Shown here: positions 55,111 to 64,000 of the stretch, in pieces
How the letters are laid out: every line of letters begins with the position of its first letter
Numbering within the stretch: position 1 is the first letter of the stretch
From: Terriglobia bacterium
GTDB lineage: Bacteria > Acidobacteriota > Terriglobia > JAIQFV01
DNA length: 64,000 bases
Assembly: GCA_028716525.1 (NCBI GenBank)
Contig: JAQUPQ010000014.1
Span: 14,544 to 78,543, forward strand
Reading direction: 5' to 3'
The notes under the pieces: model-generated
Told to the model about the DNA's origin: nothing
Databases searched by the model: none
The model's input: the letters and a program-made list of their open reading frames with translations, nothing else
Position numbers and translations under genes: made by a program

Positions 55111-57827
55111 GCACAAAACTCGGACCGTACGTGATTGAGTCATCTCTGGGCGCCGGCGGGATGGGGGAAGTCTATCGCGCCCGCGATACGCGACTGGATC
55201 GTACCGTCGCCATAAAGGTTCTGCCCGACCACCTGGCGGCGACCCCGGAATTGCGCCAGCGCTTTGAGCGCGAAGCCCGGTCCATCTCGGCACTCAATCA
55301 TGCCCACATCTGCGTTCTACACGATGTGGGCTCTCAAGACGGCATGGATTTCCTGGTCATGGAGTACCTCGAAGGAGAAACACTGGCCACACGACTGGCT
55401 AAGGGAGCCTTGCCCCTCGAACAGGCGTTAAAGATTGGCATCGATATTGCCGACGCACTGGACAAAGCCCATCGCGCCGGCATCACCCATCGCGATTTGA
55501 AGCCGGGTAACATCATGCTCACCAAGAGCGGAGCAAAACTTTTGGATTTTGGCTTGGCCAAATCTGCCGTCATGAGGACAGGGACATCGGGGACAGCACC
55601 GCTGCTGAGCGCTGCCCTGACGATGACTTCGCCGAGCCCGCAGGTCTCTCCTTTGACTACGGCCGGAACGATTGTGGGCACTATTCAGTACATGTCGCCG
55701 GAGCAAATCGAAGGCAAAGAGGCGGATGGCCGCAGCGATATTTTTGCCTTGGGAGTTGTGCTTTACGAGATGGCCACCGGCAAGCGCGCCTTTGAGGGAA
55801 AGTCACAGATCTCGGTGGCCTCTGCCATTTTAGAAAAAGATCCGGAGCCGATCAGCAGTTCTCAGCCTTCGGCGCCGCCGGCTTTGGATCGCGTCGTACA
55901 AACCTGTTTGGCCAAAGATCCCGATGAGCGCTTTCAAACAGCCCACGATCTGAAATTGCAATTGAGTTGGATTACGGAAGGAGGTCCGGCTTCCGGTGCT
56001 GCACAACCGGTGAGGCTCGACTGGCCGGTGCGGCGTAAGGCTCTTTGGGCTGGAGGCGCCTTGGTGGTTGTTCTATTGGCTGCATTCGGCGGGACCTTTC
56101 TCGTGCCCAAACCGAATGCCCCCACGGTCCGGGCGATCATTGAGCCGCCCGAAAATCTGACCATCGACTCCACGGGTGATTACAGCGGCCCGCCGGTTCT
56201 TTCGCCTCAGGGCGACAAAATCGTCTTCTGTGCCCACGGACGTAACAGTCCCAAGGAGTTGTGGGTGAGGTCTATGAACAGCTTCTCCAGCCAGCGACTG
56301 GAGGGTACGGAGGGCGCCTACGACCCGTTTTGGTCACCCGACGGAAGTTCCATCGGGTTCTTCAACAACGGCAAACTCGATCGCATTCCGGTGAACGGCG
56401 GCCCCGTAACGGTGGTGACCGACGCGCCCAACGCCCGAGGCGGGACCTGGGGCCCCGGCGATGTTATTTTGATGGCACCGGACATCCAAGGGCCCATCTT
56501 CCGAGTGGGTGCGGATGGCGGCAAACCGACCGCCGTGACGCAATTGGATGTCAGCAAGCATACGACACATCGATGGCCGACTCTCTTGCCGGACGGCAAG
56601 CATTTCCTTTATCTGGCCACAAATCATAATGGAGGCAAGCTGGAAGAGAACGGCATCTATTTTGCTTCGCTGGATGGAAAAGAAAACCGCTTGCTTGTGG
56701 CTACCGATGGAGACGGGGAATATGCTTCCGGCTACCTGCTGTTTCATTCCGGAACAGAGTTGATGGCCCAGCCATTCGACCCCGGCTCCGGCAAACTCTC
56801 CGGCGAACCCTCGCCATTGGTCGGAAGGATTCGCCAGGATTCCGGCGTGTGGCGTACGTTATTTACAGTTTCGCAGAACGGCCTGCTTATTTACGAACCC
56901 GGCGCCGCTGAAACAGCGGGATCACAATTGGTCTGGTTTGACCGCAACGGTAAGCAGTTGGGTCAAGTCGGGGAACGGGGATCGTACATGGATCCTCGTC
57001 TTTCACCCGACGGCAAGCGTTTGGCCGTGAGCTTCGGCGATCCGCAACGCGAGATATGGATTTTCGGCCTGGATCGCGGAACAAAAACTCGTCTGACGTT
57101 CAGTCAAGCGGCGAGCGGGACCAAGGTGGAGCCGGCCTGGTCGCCCGACGGCAGGACCGTTGCTTATTCAACCTCTCTCTCATCGCCCGGGGGCAACAAT
57201 ACGGCGATTGTCAGCAAGGCTGCCAGCGGCAACGGTGGTGAAGAAATTCTGGAAGAACGGCGGGGGAACTCCTTGAGCGGATATCGCTACCCGTCCTGGT
57301 CGCCGAATGGACAATACTTCGTCTACGTGGTCTCGAACGGACCCAGCGGAGCCGCGATTTACGCGAAGCCGACCAGCGGGAACGGCCAACCCATTGAGGT
57401 CGTGCGGCCCACTGCGCCCCAAGCCAACATTGGTTTTTATCGCATCTCACCGAACAACCGCTGGGTCGCCTACACCTCCGATGAATCGGGACGCACCGAA
57501 GTGTATATCGCACCCTTCCCGCATGGTGACGGCAAGTGGCAGGTCTCGACGACAGGCGCGGACTTTGCGGCTTGGCGCGGGGATGGTAAGGAAATCTACT
57601 TCAATACCAATGCGGACGAATATACAGCATGCTCCATCACGGAGCAAGGAAGCGATCTCGAAATCGGGACACCCCAGGTGCTTTTCGCAGCCAACACCTC
57701 GGCTTTGGGCGTCGGATATGACGTGACGTCCGACGGCAAGCGCTTTCTCGTCAATCTTGCCGGCGATGAGACTTCTCCACCGCTGCATCTGGTCGTGAAT
57801 TGGCCCGGCGATTTGAAAAGGAAGTAG
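55098..57827 (+). CDS. Ser/Thr protein kinase with a C-terminal TolB-like (PD40/WD40-like) beta-propeller sensor domain.
   Basis: It has Hanks kinase motifs ([34 protein letters not shown]) and a transmembrane segment, followed by repeated SPDG/WSPDG PD40 motifs. Confidence 0.85.
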   Translation: MLNIGTKLGPYVIESSLGAGGMGEVYRARDTRLDRTVAIKVLPDHLAATPELRQRFEREARSISALNHAHICVLHDVGSQDGMDFLVMEYLEGETLATRLAKGALPLEQALKIGIDIADALDKAHRAGITHRDLKPGNIMLTKSGAKLLDFGLAKSAVMRTGTSGTAPLLSAALTMTSPSPQVSPLTTAGTIVGTIQYMSPEQIEGKEADGRSDIFALGVVLYEMATGKRAFEGKSQISVASAILEKDPEPISSSQPSAPPALDRVVQTCLAKDPDERFQTAHDLKLQLSWITEGGPASGAAQPVRLDWPVRRKALWAGGALVVVLLAAFGGTFLVPKPNAPTVRAIIEPPENLTIDSTGDYSGPPVLSPQGDKIVFCAHGRNSPKELWVRSMNSFSSQRLEGTEGAYDPFWSPDGSSIGFFNNGKLDRIPVNGGPVTVVTDAPNARGGTWGPGDVILMAPDIQGPIFRVGADGGKPTAVTQLDVSKHTTHRWPTLLPDGKHFLYLATNHNGGKLEENGIYFASLDGKENRLLVATDGDGEYASGYLLFHSGTELMAQPFDPGSGKLSGEPSPLVGRIRQDSGVWRTLFTVSQNGLLIYEPGAAETAGSQLVWFDRNGKQLGQVGERGSYMDPRLSPDGKRLAVSFGDPQREIWIFGLDRGTKTRLTFSQAASGTKVEPAWSPDGRTVAYSTSLSSPGGNNTAIVSKAASGNGGEEILEERRGNSLSGYRYPSWSPNGQYFVYVVSNGPSGAAIYAKPTSGNGQPIEVVRPTAPQANIGFYRISPNNRWVAYTSDESGRTEVYIAPFPHGDGKWQVSTTGADFAAWRGDGKEIYFNTNADEYTACSITEQGSDLEIGTPQVLFAANTSALGVGYDVTSDGKRFLVNLAGDETSPPLHLVVNWPGDLKRK

Positions 57828-57935
57828 GTCTCATTGGAGGAGAAGGGCACAGCCGCAGAAAATTGAAATCTTTTTTGTATTTCGGGATCCATTTGATGCC
57901 GTTTGATTCTGAAGAATCCATTTAAGGAGATTTTT

Positions 57936-59891
57936 ATGATCCGGAGACGATATCCCCTTTCTTTGTTTTTAGTGGTCCTGTTCCTCCTGGCGACCGCGAC
58001 ATCATTGATTCTGGCTTCACCCACCATCCAGCTCACGGTAGACACGACTCAAGCCCCGGAACGAATTATCCGCACCCACGAGATCATTCCCGTGAAGTCC
58101 GGCCCGCTGACGTTGTTTTACCCCAAGTGGATTCCCGGTGAGCATGAGCCTTCCGGCCCGATCGCCAATGTGGCCGGGTTGAAATTCACTGCCCATGGAA
58201 AGAACATTCCCTGGAATCGGGATTTGCTGGATGTCTTTACCTTCCACGTGGAGGTTCCGGAGGGAGTCAGTACTCTCGACATCGAGTTTCAATATCTTGA
58301 GCCCGGCGGTCGGGGCGGGCAATACACGTCCGGAACGTCGGCAACCCACAACCTGGTGGATTTGAGTTGGAATCAGAATCTGCTCTATCTCGCCGGGGTA
58401 CCCGCGCAAGATCAAATGTTTCATGCCACGTTGGTGCTGCCGGCCGGATGGAAATTTGGAACCGCCCTGCCCGTCGAAAATCAAACCGGGAGCCGCATCA
58501 CATTCCAATCGGTGGAGCTGAATCGCCTGGTGGATTCACCGGTCATCGCCGGGAAGTTTTATCGCGCCATTGACATAACGCCTCCAGGCGAATCGATTCA
58601 CCACGAGATTGATCTGGTAGCCGACAGCGCCGAGGCCCTCGAGATGACTCCGCAGGTCGAAGATGGGTTGAAAAACCTGGTGGCGGAAACAGGCAAGCTG
58701 TTCGGTGCCCGGCATTATCGCGATTATCACTTTCTCCTGACCCTAAGCGACTTCGTGGCTCATTTTGGTCTGGAGCATCACGAATCAAATGACAGCCGCG
58801 TGGGCGAACGCACATTGATCGGCCCGAATGCCTCGCGCCAGGTGGGACCGCTGCTGGCGCATGAGTTCACACATTCTTGGAATGGCAAGTTTCGACGCCC
58901 CGCAGACTTGAGCACGCCGTATTACGAAGTTCCCGAGAAGACCGACATGCTCTGGGTGTACGAAGGATTCACGGATTTCTTTGGAAATGTCCTGGCCGCG
59001 CGGAGCGGGCTGTGGACCGAAGAAGATTATCATCGATACATCGCTGGAGTGGCGGCGTCACTAGGACCGGGCCGTCCCGGACGCACTTGGCGAGCCTTGC
59101 AGGACACCGATGTGGCTGTTCCCGGAATGTTTGGTCAGGGCGGATGGATGAATTGGCGCCGCGGGACCGACTACTATCCGGAAGGTGATCTGATCTGGCT
59201 GCAGGCGGCCACCATCATCGATCGTGTAACTCACGGCCAGAAGTCCATTGACGATTTTTGCAAGCTGTTTTACGGCGGGCCGAATGAGGGGCCGCAATTG
59301 AAGCCCTATACCTTTGAACAGTTGGTGGAAACTTTGAACCAGGTCGCGCCGTACGACTGGGCCAAGCTCCTTCACGAACGTCTCGACTCGACCGCCCCGG
59401 AAGCACCCATCGAAGGTTTGGAAGCCAGCGGATGGAAAGTGATCTACAACGATAAGCCCACCGAGGAACCCCGGCCGCGTATTACCGGCGGTGTAATCGA
59501 ACCCTATTCCATTGGCCTGACCGTTTCGCCGGCAGGTGACGTGATCGATTCCACTTGGGACGGACCGGCTTTCAATGGGGGTGTGACTCCCGGCATGAAA
59601 ATCCTGGGAGTAAACGGACGTCTTTATAACCCGGATCGTCTGAAACTCGCCATCAAGGAAAGCGCCAAGAGCGCCAAGCCCATTGAACTGCTGGTGGGGG
59701 ACAACAGTGACTACAAGATCTGCACCGTGAATTACCACGGCGGGGAGCGCTATCCTCATCTTGAACGCATCGAAGGCACTCCGGAATATCTTGACTCCAA
59801 TGTGCTGAAAGCCCGGGTCCCCCATATCGAGGCGAAACCATCTCCCGGGGACAAAGAAAAACGTTCACGCGTGACAGGGACAGAGAAATGA
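57936..59891 (+). CDS. Secreted M61-family glycyl aminopeptidase with a C-terminal PDZ domain.
   Basis: An AAGGAGA ribosome-binding site precedes the ATG at 57936. It has a signal peptide, the HEFTHSWNGKFRRP zinc motif and a PDZ-like segment (GLTVSPAGDVID...VTPGMKILGVNGRLY). The track ORF starts at 57903. Confidence 0.7.
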   Translation: MIRRRYPLSLFLVVLFLLATATSLILASPTIQLTVDTTQAPERIIRTHEIIPVKSGPLTLFYPKWIPGEHEPSGPIANVAGLKFTAHGKNIPWNRDLLDVFTFHVEVPEGVSTLDIEFQYLEPGGRGGQYTSGTSATHNLVDLSWNQNLLYLAGVPAQDQMFHATLVLPAGWKFGTALPVENQTGSRITFQSVELNRLVDSPVIAGKFYRAIDITPPGESIHHEIDLVADSAEALEMTPQVEDGLKNLVAETGKLFGARHYRDYHFLLTLSDFVAHFGLEHHESNDSRVGERTLIGPNASRQVGPLLAHEFTHSWNGKFRRPADLSTPYYEVPEKTDMLWVYEGFTDFFGNVLAARSGLWTEEDYHRYIAGVAASLGPGRPGRTWRALQDTDVAVPGMFGQGGWMNWRRGTDYYPEGDLIWLQAATIIDRVTHGQKSIDDFCKLFYGGPNEGPQLKPYTFEQLVETLNQVAPYDWAKLLHERLDSTAPEAPIEGLEASGWKVIYNDKPTEEPRPRITGGVIEPYSIGLTVSPAGDVIDSTWDGPAFNGGVTPGMKILGVNGRLYNPDRLKLAIKESAKSAKPIELLVGDNSDYKICTVNYHGGERYPHLERIEGTPEYLDSNVLKARVPHIEAKPSPGDKEKRSRVTGTEK

Positions 59892-59956
59892 GCCGGTAGC
59901 ACCGCCCATTTTGGAGGCTGGCGCCACACCCGAACCGCAGGCGCAGGAGAAAAATT

Positions 59957-62650
59957 GTGCTGAACATTGGAACCCGATTCGGACCCTATGAGATTGAATC
60001 TGCATTGGGCGCGGGCGGCATGGGGGAGGTCTATCGTGCGCGCGACACACGGTTGGACCGTACCGTAGCGATCAAGGTCCTGCCGTCACATCTGTCGCTT
60101 AATGCCGAATTGAAACAGCGGTTCGAGCGTGAAGCCAAGGTTATTTCCCAACTCAACCACCCCAACATCTGCACTCTGTATGACGTTGGGCACGATTCGG
60201 CCAGCGACACCGATTATCTGGTGATGGAATTCCTCGATGGCGAGACGCTTGCCGAGCGTCTCCGCACAGGCTTGATTCCGCCCGATCAGGTGGTGAAGAT
60301 CGGCTGCGAAATTGCCGACGCGCTGGAGAAAGCGCATCGCGCAGGAATTGTTCATCGCGACCTCAAGCCCGGCAATGTGATCCTAACCAAGACCGGCGCC
60401 AAGTTGCTTGATTTCGGTTTGGCCAAACCGGCATCGATGAGCGCCGTTTCAACGAGTGGTTCAGCGCCTCTGCTCTCGGCCGCCATGACGGTGACGTCGC
60501 CCAATCCGCAGGCGTCGCCCCTCACGTCGGCCGGCGTGCTCGTGGGGACCATCCAATACATGTCCCCGGAGCAGTTGCAGGGAATCGAAGCGGACGCACG
60601 CAGCGACATTTTCAGCTTCGGCTCCGTGCTTTACGAAATGACAACAGGGAAGAGGGCGTTTGAAGGCAAGAGCGCAATCTCGGTGGCCAGTTCAATCCTG
60701 GAGAGAGAGCCGGAGCCCATCACCGCACGGGCGCCCCTGACCCCGCCGGCGCTGGCGCACGTGATTAATACCTGTCTAGCCAAGGACCCGGAGGAACGCT
60801 TTCAAACGGCGCACGATGTCAAGGTGCAACTGAAGTGGATCGCGGAGGTAGGATCGGCGGCGGTGGGATTGCCGACGGTGAAGTCGGTACAGCGGCGACG
60901 CCGGGAATGGCTGGCCTGGGGAATGGCAGCTCTGCTGGCAATCGTGGGTGTCGCCGTTGGCTGGTGGTTGCATGCTCCCATCCCTCCGGAAGTGCTGCGG
61001 TCGAACTTGGAGCTGCCGGCCAACGAGCAGGTGGCGGGGGTTGACAGCTCATTGGCATTTTCTCCGGACGGCCGTAAGCTGGCGCTGACCCTCACGGGAT
61101 CGGACGGCAACTCCAAAATCTGGATCCGCTCGTTGGATAGTCTGACGACCAACGCGCTGACCGGCACGGAAGGCGGAACTTACCCCACCTGGTCACCCGA
61201 TGGGCGTTTCCTTGCGTTCTTCGCCGATCACAAATTGAAAAAGATTGACGTGGCTGGAAGCACGGTCCAGACCCTCTGCGATGCAGACGACGGGAGGGGT
61301 ATCGCGTGGGGCCGGAACGGGACCCTTGTGTTTGCGCCGGGACCGTTCACCGGACTGTTCACAGTTTCATCTGCCGGAGGAAGTCCGAGTGAGCTCACCC
61401 ATCCTGCGGCCAGCGGAGAAACGCATCGCCTGCCGCAACTCTTGCCGGACGACGAACATGTCTTGTTCTTCAGTGGATCGCTCAGCGGAAAAGCCAACGC
61501 CATTTTGGTCTTATCGCTGAAGACTCGACAGACCACTGAAGTTCTCAAGCCGGCGGAGAGCGGGCCGCGCTATGTTGCGCCTGGGTATCTGGTGTTTTTG
61601 AAAGAGCAGAATCTTATGGCTCAACCTTTCGACGTCAAGCGGTTAAAGCTGACAGGCGAGGCCGTCCCCATCGCCGAACAGGTTCAGTATACAAACTTCC
61701 GCTGGACCGGAGGTTACACCATTTCCGATACCGGTCTGTTGGCATACAGAAGGCAGGGAACCGCAGGAGTGTATCAGCTGACTTGGATGGACATGGACGG
61801 CAAAGAGTTGGGCAAGGTAGGAGAACCCATTTCCGTTGCCGGAATAACTCTTTCGCCCGACGCCAAACATGCCATCTTGATGCGACCGGAAACCGGCGGG
61901 CATGGCTCTATAAAACTGTGGATATATGATTTGCAGAATGGCGTAATGAGTCGGTTCACGTTCAGTAACGGAGACGATCAAAGCCCCGTGTGGTCGCCGG
62001 ACGGAAAGCAGGTGGTCTATTCCGCGAATCGCGGGCAAGGATTCGGCATTTATGTTAAGGCGGCCAGTGGCAGTTCTTCAGAGCAATTGCTGTATCGAGC
62101 CGACGACCTGATCCTTCCGACGAGCTGGTCACCGGACGGCAAGCTATTGGCGTTCGACAGCGTGGGAGGTCAAAACAAAAATGGTGCGCTCTGGATCCTT
62201 CCCATGACGGGAGAGCAAAAGCCTTACCGCTTGCATCCGACGACAGAGAATAACGAGCGGACCGGTTTCTTTTCCCACGACGGTAAATGGTTTTGCTACG
62301 AGTCGGATGAATCGGGGCGAAACGAGGTTTATGTTGTCCCTTTCCCGGGGCCGGGAGGCAAGTGGCAGATCACTCAGGGTGGCGGCACAGGGAGATGGCT
62401 GGGGAGCGACCAAATCTTGTGGGTGACAGCGGAGCAGCGGGCGATGGCAACTAGTGTGAAGGCCAAAGGCGCAGACTTGGAGATTGGTTCGGCGCGGCCT
62501 TTGTTCGGGGGCAAGCCATTACCCCAAACGGCGGGCGCCGATTTCACACAGGATGGCAAGCGCATTTTGACTGGGTTGCAGGTGGTAGAACATGCCGCTA
62601 ACCCATCGCTGATTTTGGTGGACCACTGGACTGCGGAATTAAGAAAGTAG
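59957..62650 (+). CDS. Ser/Thr protein kinase with a C-terminal TolB-like beta-propeller, a paralog of 55098..57827. It uses a GTG start.
   Basis: It starts [43 protein letters not shown]... and has [11 protein letters not shown]. The C-terminal region carries PD40 repeats (WSPDGRFLAF, WSPDGKQVVYS, WSPDGKLLAF). Confidence 0.85.
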   Translation: MLNIGTRFGPYEIESALGAGGMGEVYRARDTRLDRTVAIKVLPSHLSLNAELKQRFEREAKVISQLNHPNICTLYDVGHDSASDTDYLVMEFLDGETLAERLRTGLIPPDQVVKIGCEIADALEKAHRAGIVHRDLKPGNVILTKTGAKLLDFGLAKPASMSAVSTSGSAPLLSAAMTVTSPNPQASPLTSAGVLVGTIQYMSPEQLQGIEADARSDIFSFGSVLYEMTTGKRAFEGKSAISVASSILEREPEPITARAPLTPPALAHVINTCLAKDPEERFQTAHDVKVQLKWIAEVGSAAVGLPTVKSVQRRRREWLAWGMAALLAIVGVAVGWWLHAPIPPEVLRSNLELPANEQVAGVDSSLAFSPDGRKLALTLTGSDGNSKIWIRSLDSLTTNALTGTEGGTYPTWSPDGRFLAFFADHKLKKIDVAGSTVQTLCDADDGRGIAWGRNGTLVFAPGPFTGLFTVSSAGGSPSELTHPAASGETHRLPQLLPDDEHVLFFSGSLSGKANAILVLSLKTRQTTEVLKPAESGPRYVAPGYLVFLKEQNLMAQPFDVKRLKLTGEAVPIAEQVQYTNFRWTGGYTISDTGLLAYRRQGTAGVYQLTWMDMDGKELGKVGEPISVAGITLSPDAKHAILMRPETGGHGSIKLWIYDLQNGVMSRFTFSNGDDQSPVWSPDGKQVVYSANRGQGFGIYVKAASGSSSEQLLYRADDLILPTSWSPDGKLLAFDSVGGQNKNGALWILPMTGEQKPYRLHPTTENNERTGFFSHDGKWFCYESDESGRNEVYVVPFPGPGGKWQITQGGGTGRWLGSDQILWVTAEQRAMATSVKAKGADLEIGSARPLFGGKPLPQTAGADFTQDGKRILTGLQVVEHAANPSLILVDHWTAELRK

Positions 62651-62721
62651 ATTCGCTGGCGTTCGCCTTGAGGGATTGGGGCAGGGCCATTCTGAAGCCG
62701 GCGACCGATCGACGATAGACA

Positions 62722-64000
62722 ATGGTTAACATCGGGACAAACCTTGGTTCTTACGAAATCCTCGGACCGATTGGGTCAGGCGGGATGGGCGAAGTGTATC
62801 GTGCGCGCGACTCGAAGCTCAATCGCGACGTGGCGCTGAAATTTCTTCCCGAAACTTTTGTCGCTGACGCCGAACGATTGGGACGTTTTGAACGCGAAGC
62901 GCGAGTTCTGGCCTCACTGAACCATGCCAACATCGCCTCAATTTATGGAGTTGAAGACTCCACTCGCAATAAGGCACTGGTGATGGAGCTCGTGGAAGGG
63001 CCAACGCTCGCAGATCGCATCGCCAAAGGACCGATTCCTATCGACGAAGTGCTGCCAATCGCCAAACAGATTTGCGAAGGTTTGGAATATGCGCATGAGC
63101 GCGGGGTGGTGCATCGCGATTTGAAACCCGCCAATATCAAAATCAGCATCGACGGCGTAGTGAAAATTCTGGACTTTGGATTGGCCAAGGCCTTGGAAGA
63201 AAACGTTGCTTCCAGTGATCCCTCCACTTCGCCGACGCTGAGTCACTTGGCGACGCAGGCTGGAATCATTTTGGGAACCGCCGCGTATATGGCGCCGGAG
63301 CAAGCGAAAGGAAGGCCGGTCGATCGACGGTCCGACATTTGGGCTTTCGGTTGTGTGTTGTACGAAATGCTCACAGGCAAGCCGATGTTCACCGGCGAGA
63401 CCGTTACCGATGTTCTTGCGGCTGTCGTTCGCGCCGAGCCGGAATGGCCGCTGCTTCCCCCAAACACACCGGATGGGATTCATCGTCTTTTGAGGCGTTG
63501 CTTGCAGAAAGAGGCGAAGCAGCGATTACAGGCTATCGGTGACGCCCGTTTAGTCCTCGAAGAAGCTGCTTCTGGTGCGCCTGAGGACCGTTTCCAGGTC
63601 GTCCCTGGCCCTACCGGTGCGTCCTCTGCACGGTCGTGGGTGGTTGCCGGCGCCTTACTTCTCGCTTTTGCGGGGATGGCAGGAGGTGCGCTCTTGTGGT
63701 GGCGTTCACCGCAACCCCTTAATCTGGAAGTCAGTATCCTGCCTCCCGAGAAAACCCGCTTTACTTTGATGAGCGACGATGCGTCAGGTCCGGTCGCGCT
63801 TTCGCCAGACGGAAAACAAATCGCGTTCGTTGCCTCAGACGACAAGAGCAACGGCCGGATCTACATACGCTCTCTTGATCACAAAGAGGCCAACCCCGTG
63901 CCGGGAACGGAAGGAGCGACCTATCCGTTCTGGTCAGCGGATGGGAAATCACTCGGCTTTTTCAGCGGAGGCAAACTGCGGCGTGTCGCTGTGAGTGGTG
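62722..64000 (+). CDS. Ser/Thr protein kinase, third paralog. It is partial and continues past the window end.
   Basis: It starts [43 protein letters not shown] and has HRDLKPANIKI and DFGLAK. The reading frame is open to position 64000. It is not in the track because it has no stop in the window. Confidence 0.8.
   Translation, partial: MVNIGTNLGSYEILGPIGSGGMGEVYRARDSKLNRDVALKFLPETFVADAERLGRFEREARVLASLNHANIASIYGVEDSTRNKALVMELVEGPTLADRIAKGPIPIDEVLPIAKQICEGLEYAHERGVVHRDLKPANIKISIDGVVKILDFGLAKALEENVASSDPSTSPTLSHLATQAGIILGTAAYMAPEQAKGRPVDRRSDIWAFGCVLYEMLTGKPMFTGETVTDVLAAVVRAEPEWPLLPPNTPDGIHRLLRRCLQKEAKQRLQAIGDARLVLEEAASGAPEDRFQVVPGPTGASSARSWVVAGALLLAFAGMAGGALLWWRSPQPLNLEVSILPPEKTRFTLMSDDASGPVALSPDGKQIAFVASDDKSNGRIYIRSLDHKEANPVPGTEGATYPFWSADGKSLGFFSGGKLRRVAVSG

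Noticed and set aside
1-64000. tRNA, rRNA or tmRNA genes.
   Set aside because: I found no cloverleaf-compatible segments with GTTCGAATC-type T-loops and no rRNA-like conserved blocks in any intergenic region.

Overview
This 64-kb window is a high-GC bacterial chromosome segment whose gene content looks Acidobacteria-like: MacB/FtsX-type duplicated permeases, TonB-dependent receptors with CarbopepD_reg N-domains, and Ser/Thr kinases fused to TolB/PD40 beta-propellers. The main blocks, in order, are as follows.

- pstS-pstC-pstA (minus strand), preceded by a putative phosphate-selective porin. TGTTAA direct repeats at 11-bp spacing sit upstream of both pstS and the porin, as expected for Pho boxes.
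- An ars locus: arsR (with an operator palindrome overlapping its start), a low-GC secreted hypothetical protein, ACR3, and arsC.
- An accessory islet of about 5 kb bounded by clusters of GC-rich hairpin repeats. It holds a tyrosine-recombinase C-terminal remnant, an NTF2-like protein, an SRPBCC gene broken by an internal inversion of about 135 bp, a PP2C-phosphatase fragment, a mazEF-type toxin-antitoxin pair and an intact PP2C phosphatase.
- A GNAT acetyltransferase, a DUF1992 protein, a quinone oxidoreductase and an outer-membrane protein.
- Two tandem MacB-like permease genes, each followed by arrays of a 'GTGACAAGTG' motif. The second array pair forms a MITE-like structure.
- A mannoside-type sugar locus: GH38 alpha-mannosidase, an MFS sugar porter and a ROK kinase.
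- A PhoR/PhoB-like two-component pair next to an alpha-glucan cluster: a GH57 branching enzyme, a DUF374 protein and a second GH57 enzyme.
- Two large TonB-dependent-receptor-like genes with AT-rich leaders of about 1 kb, followed by a TPR protein.
- A GAF-GGDEF diguanylate cyclase, again flanked by hairpin-repeat clusters.
- A hypothetical protein, a TPR protein, an ABC-2 transporter and an MmcQ/YjbR-family protein, followed by a 150-bp MITE with an 8-bp target-site duplication.
- An array of three Ser/Thr-kinase-TolB genes with an M61-PDZ peptidase between the first two. The first kinase is preceded by a 58-bp duplication of its own ribosome-binding site, start codon and first 16 codons, which creates a decoy upstream ORF.

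I found no rRNA, tRNA or CRISPR. Some start coordinates are approximate to within a few codons.
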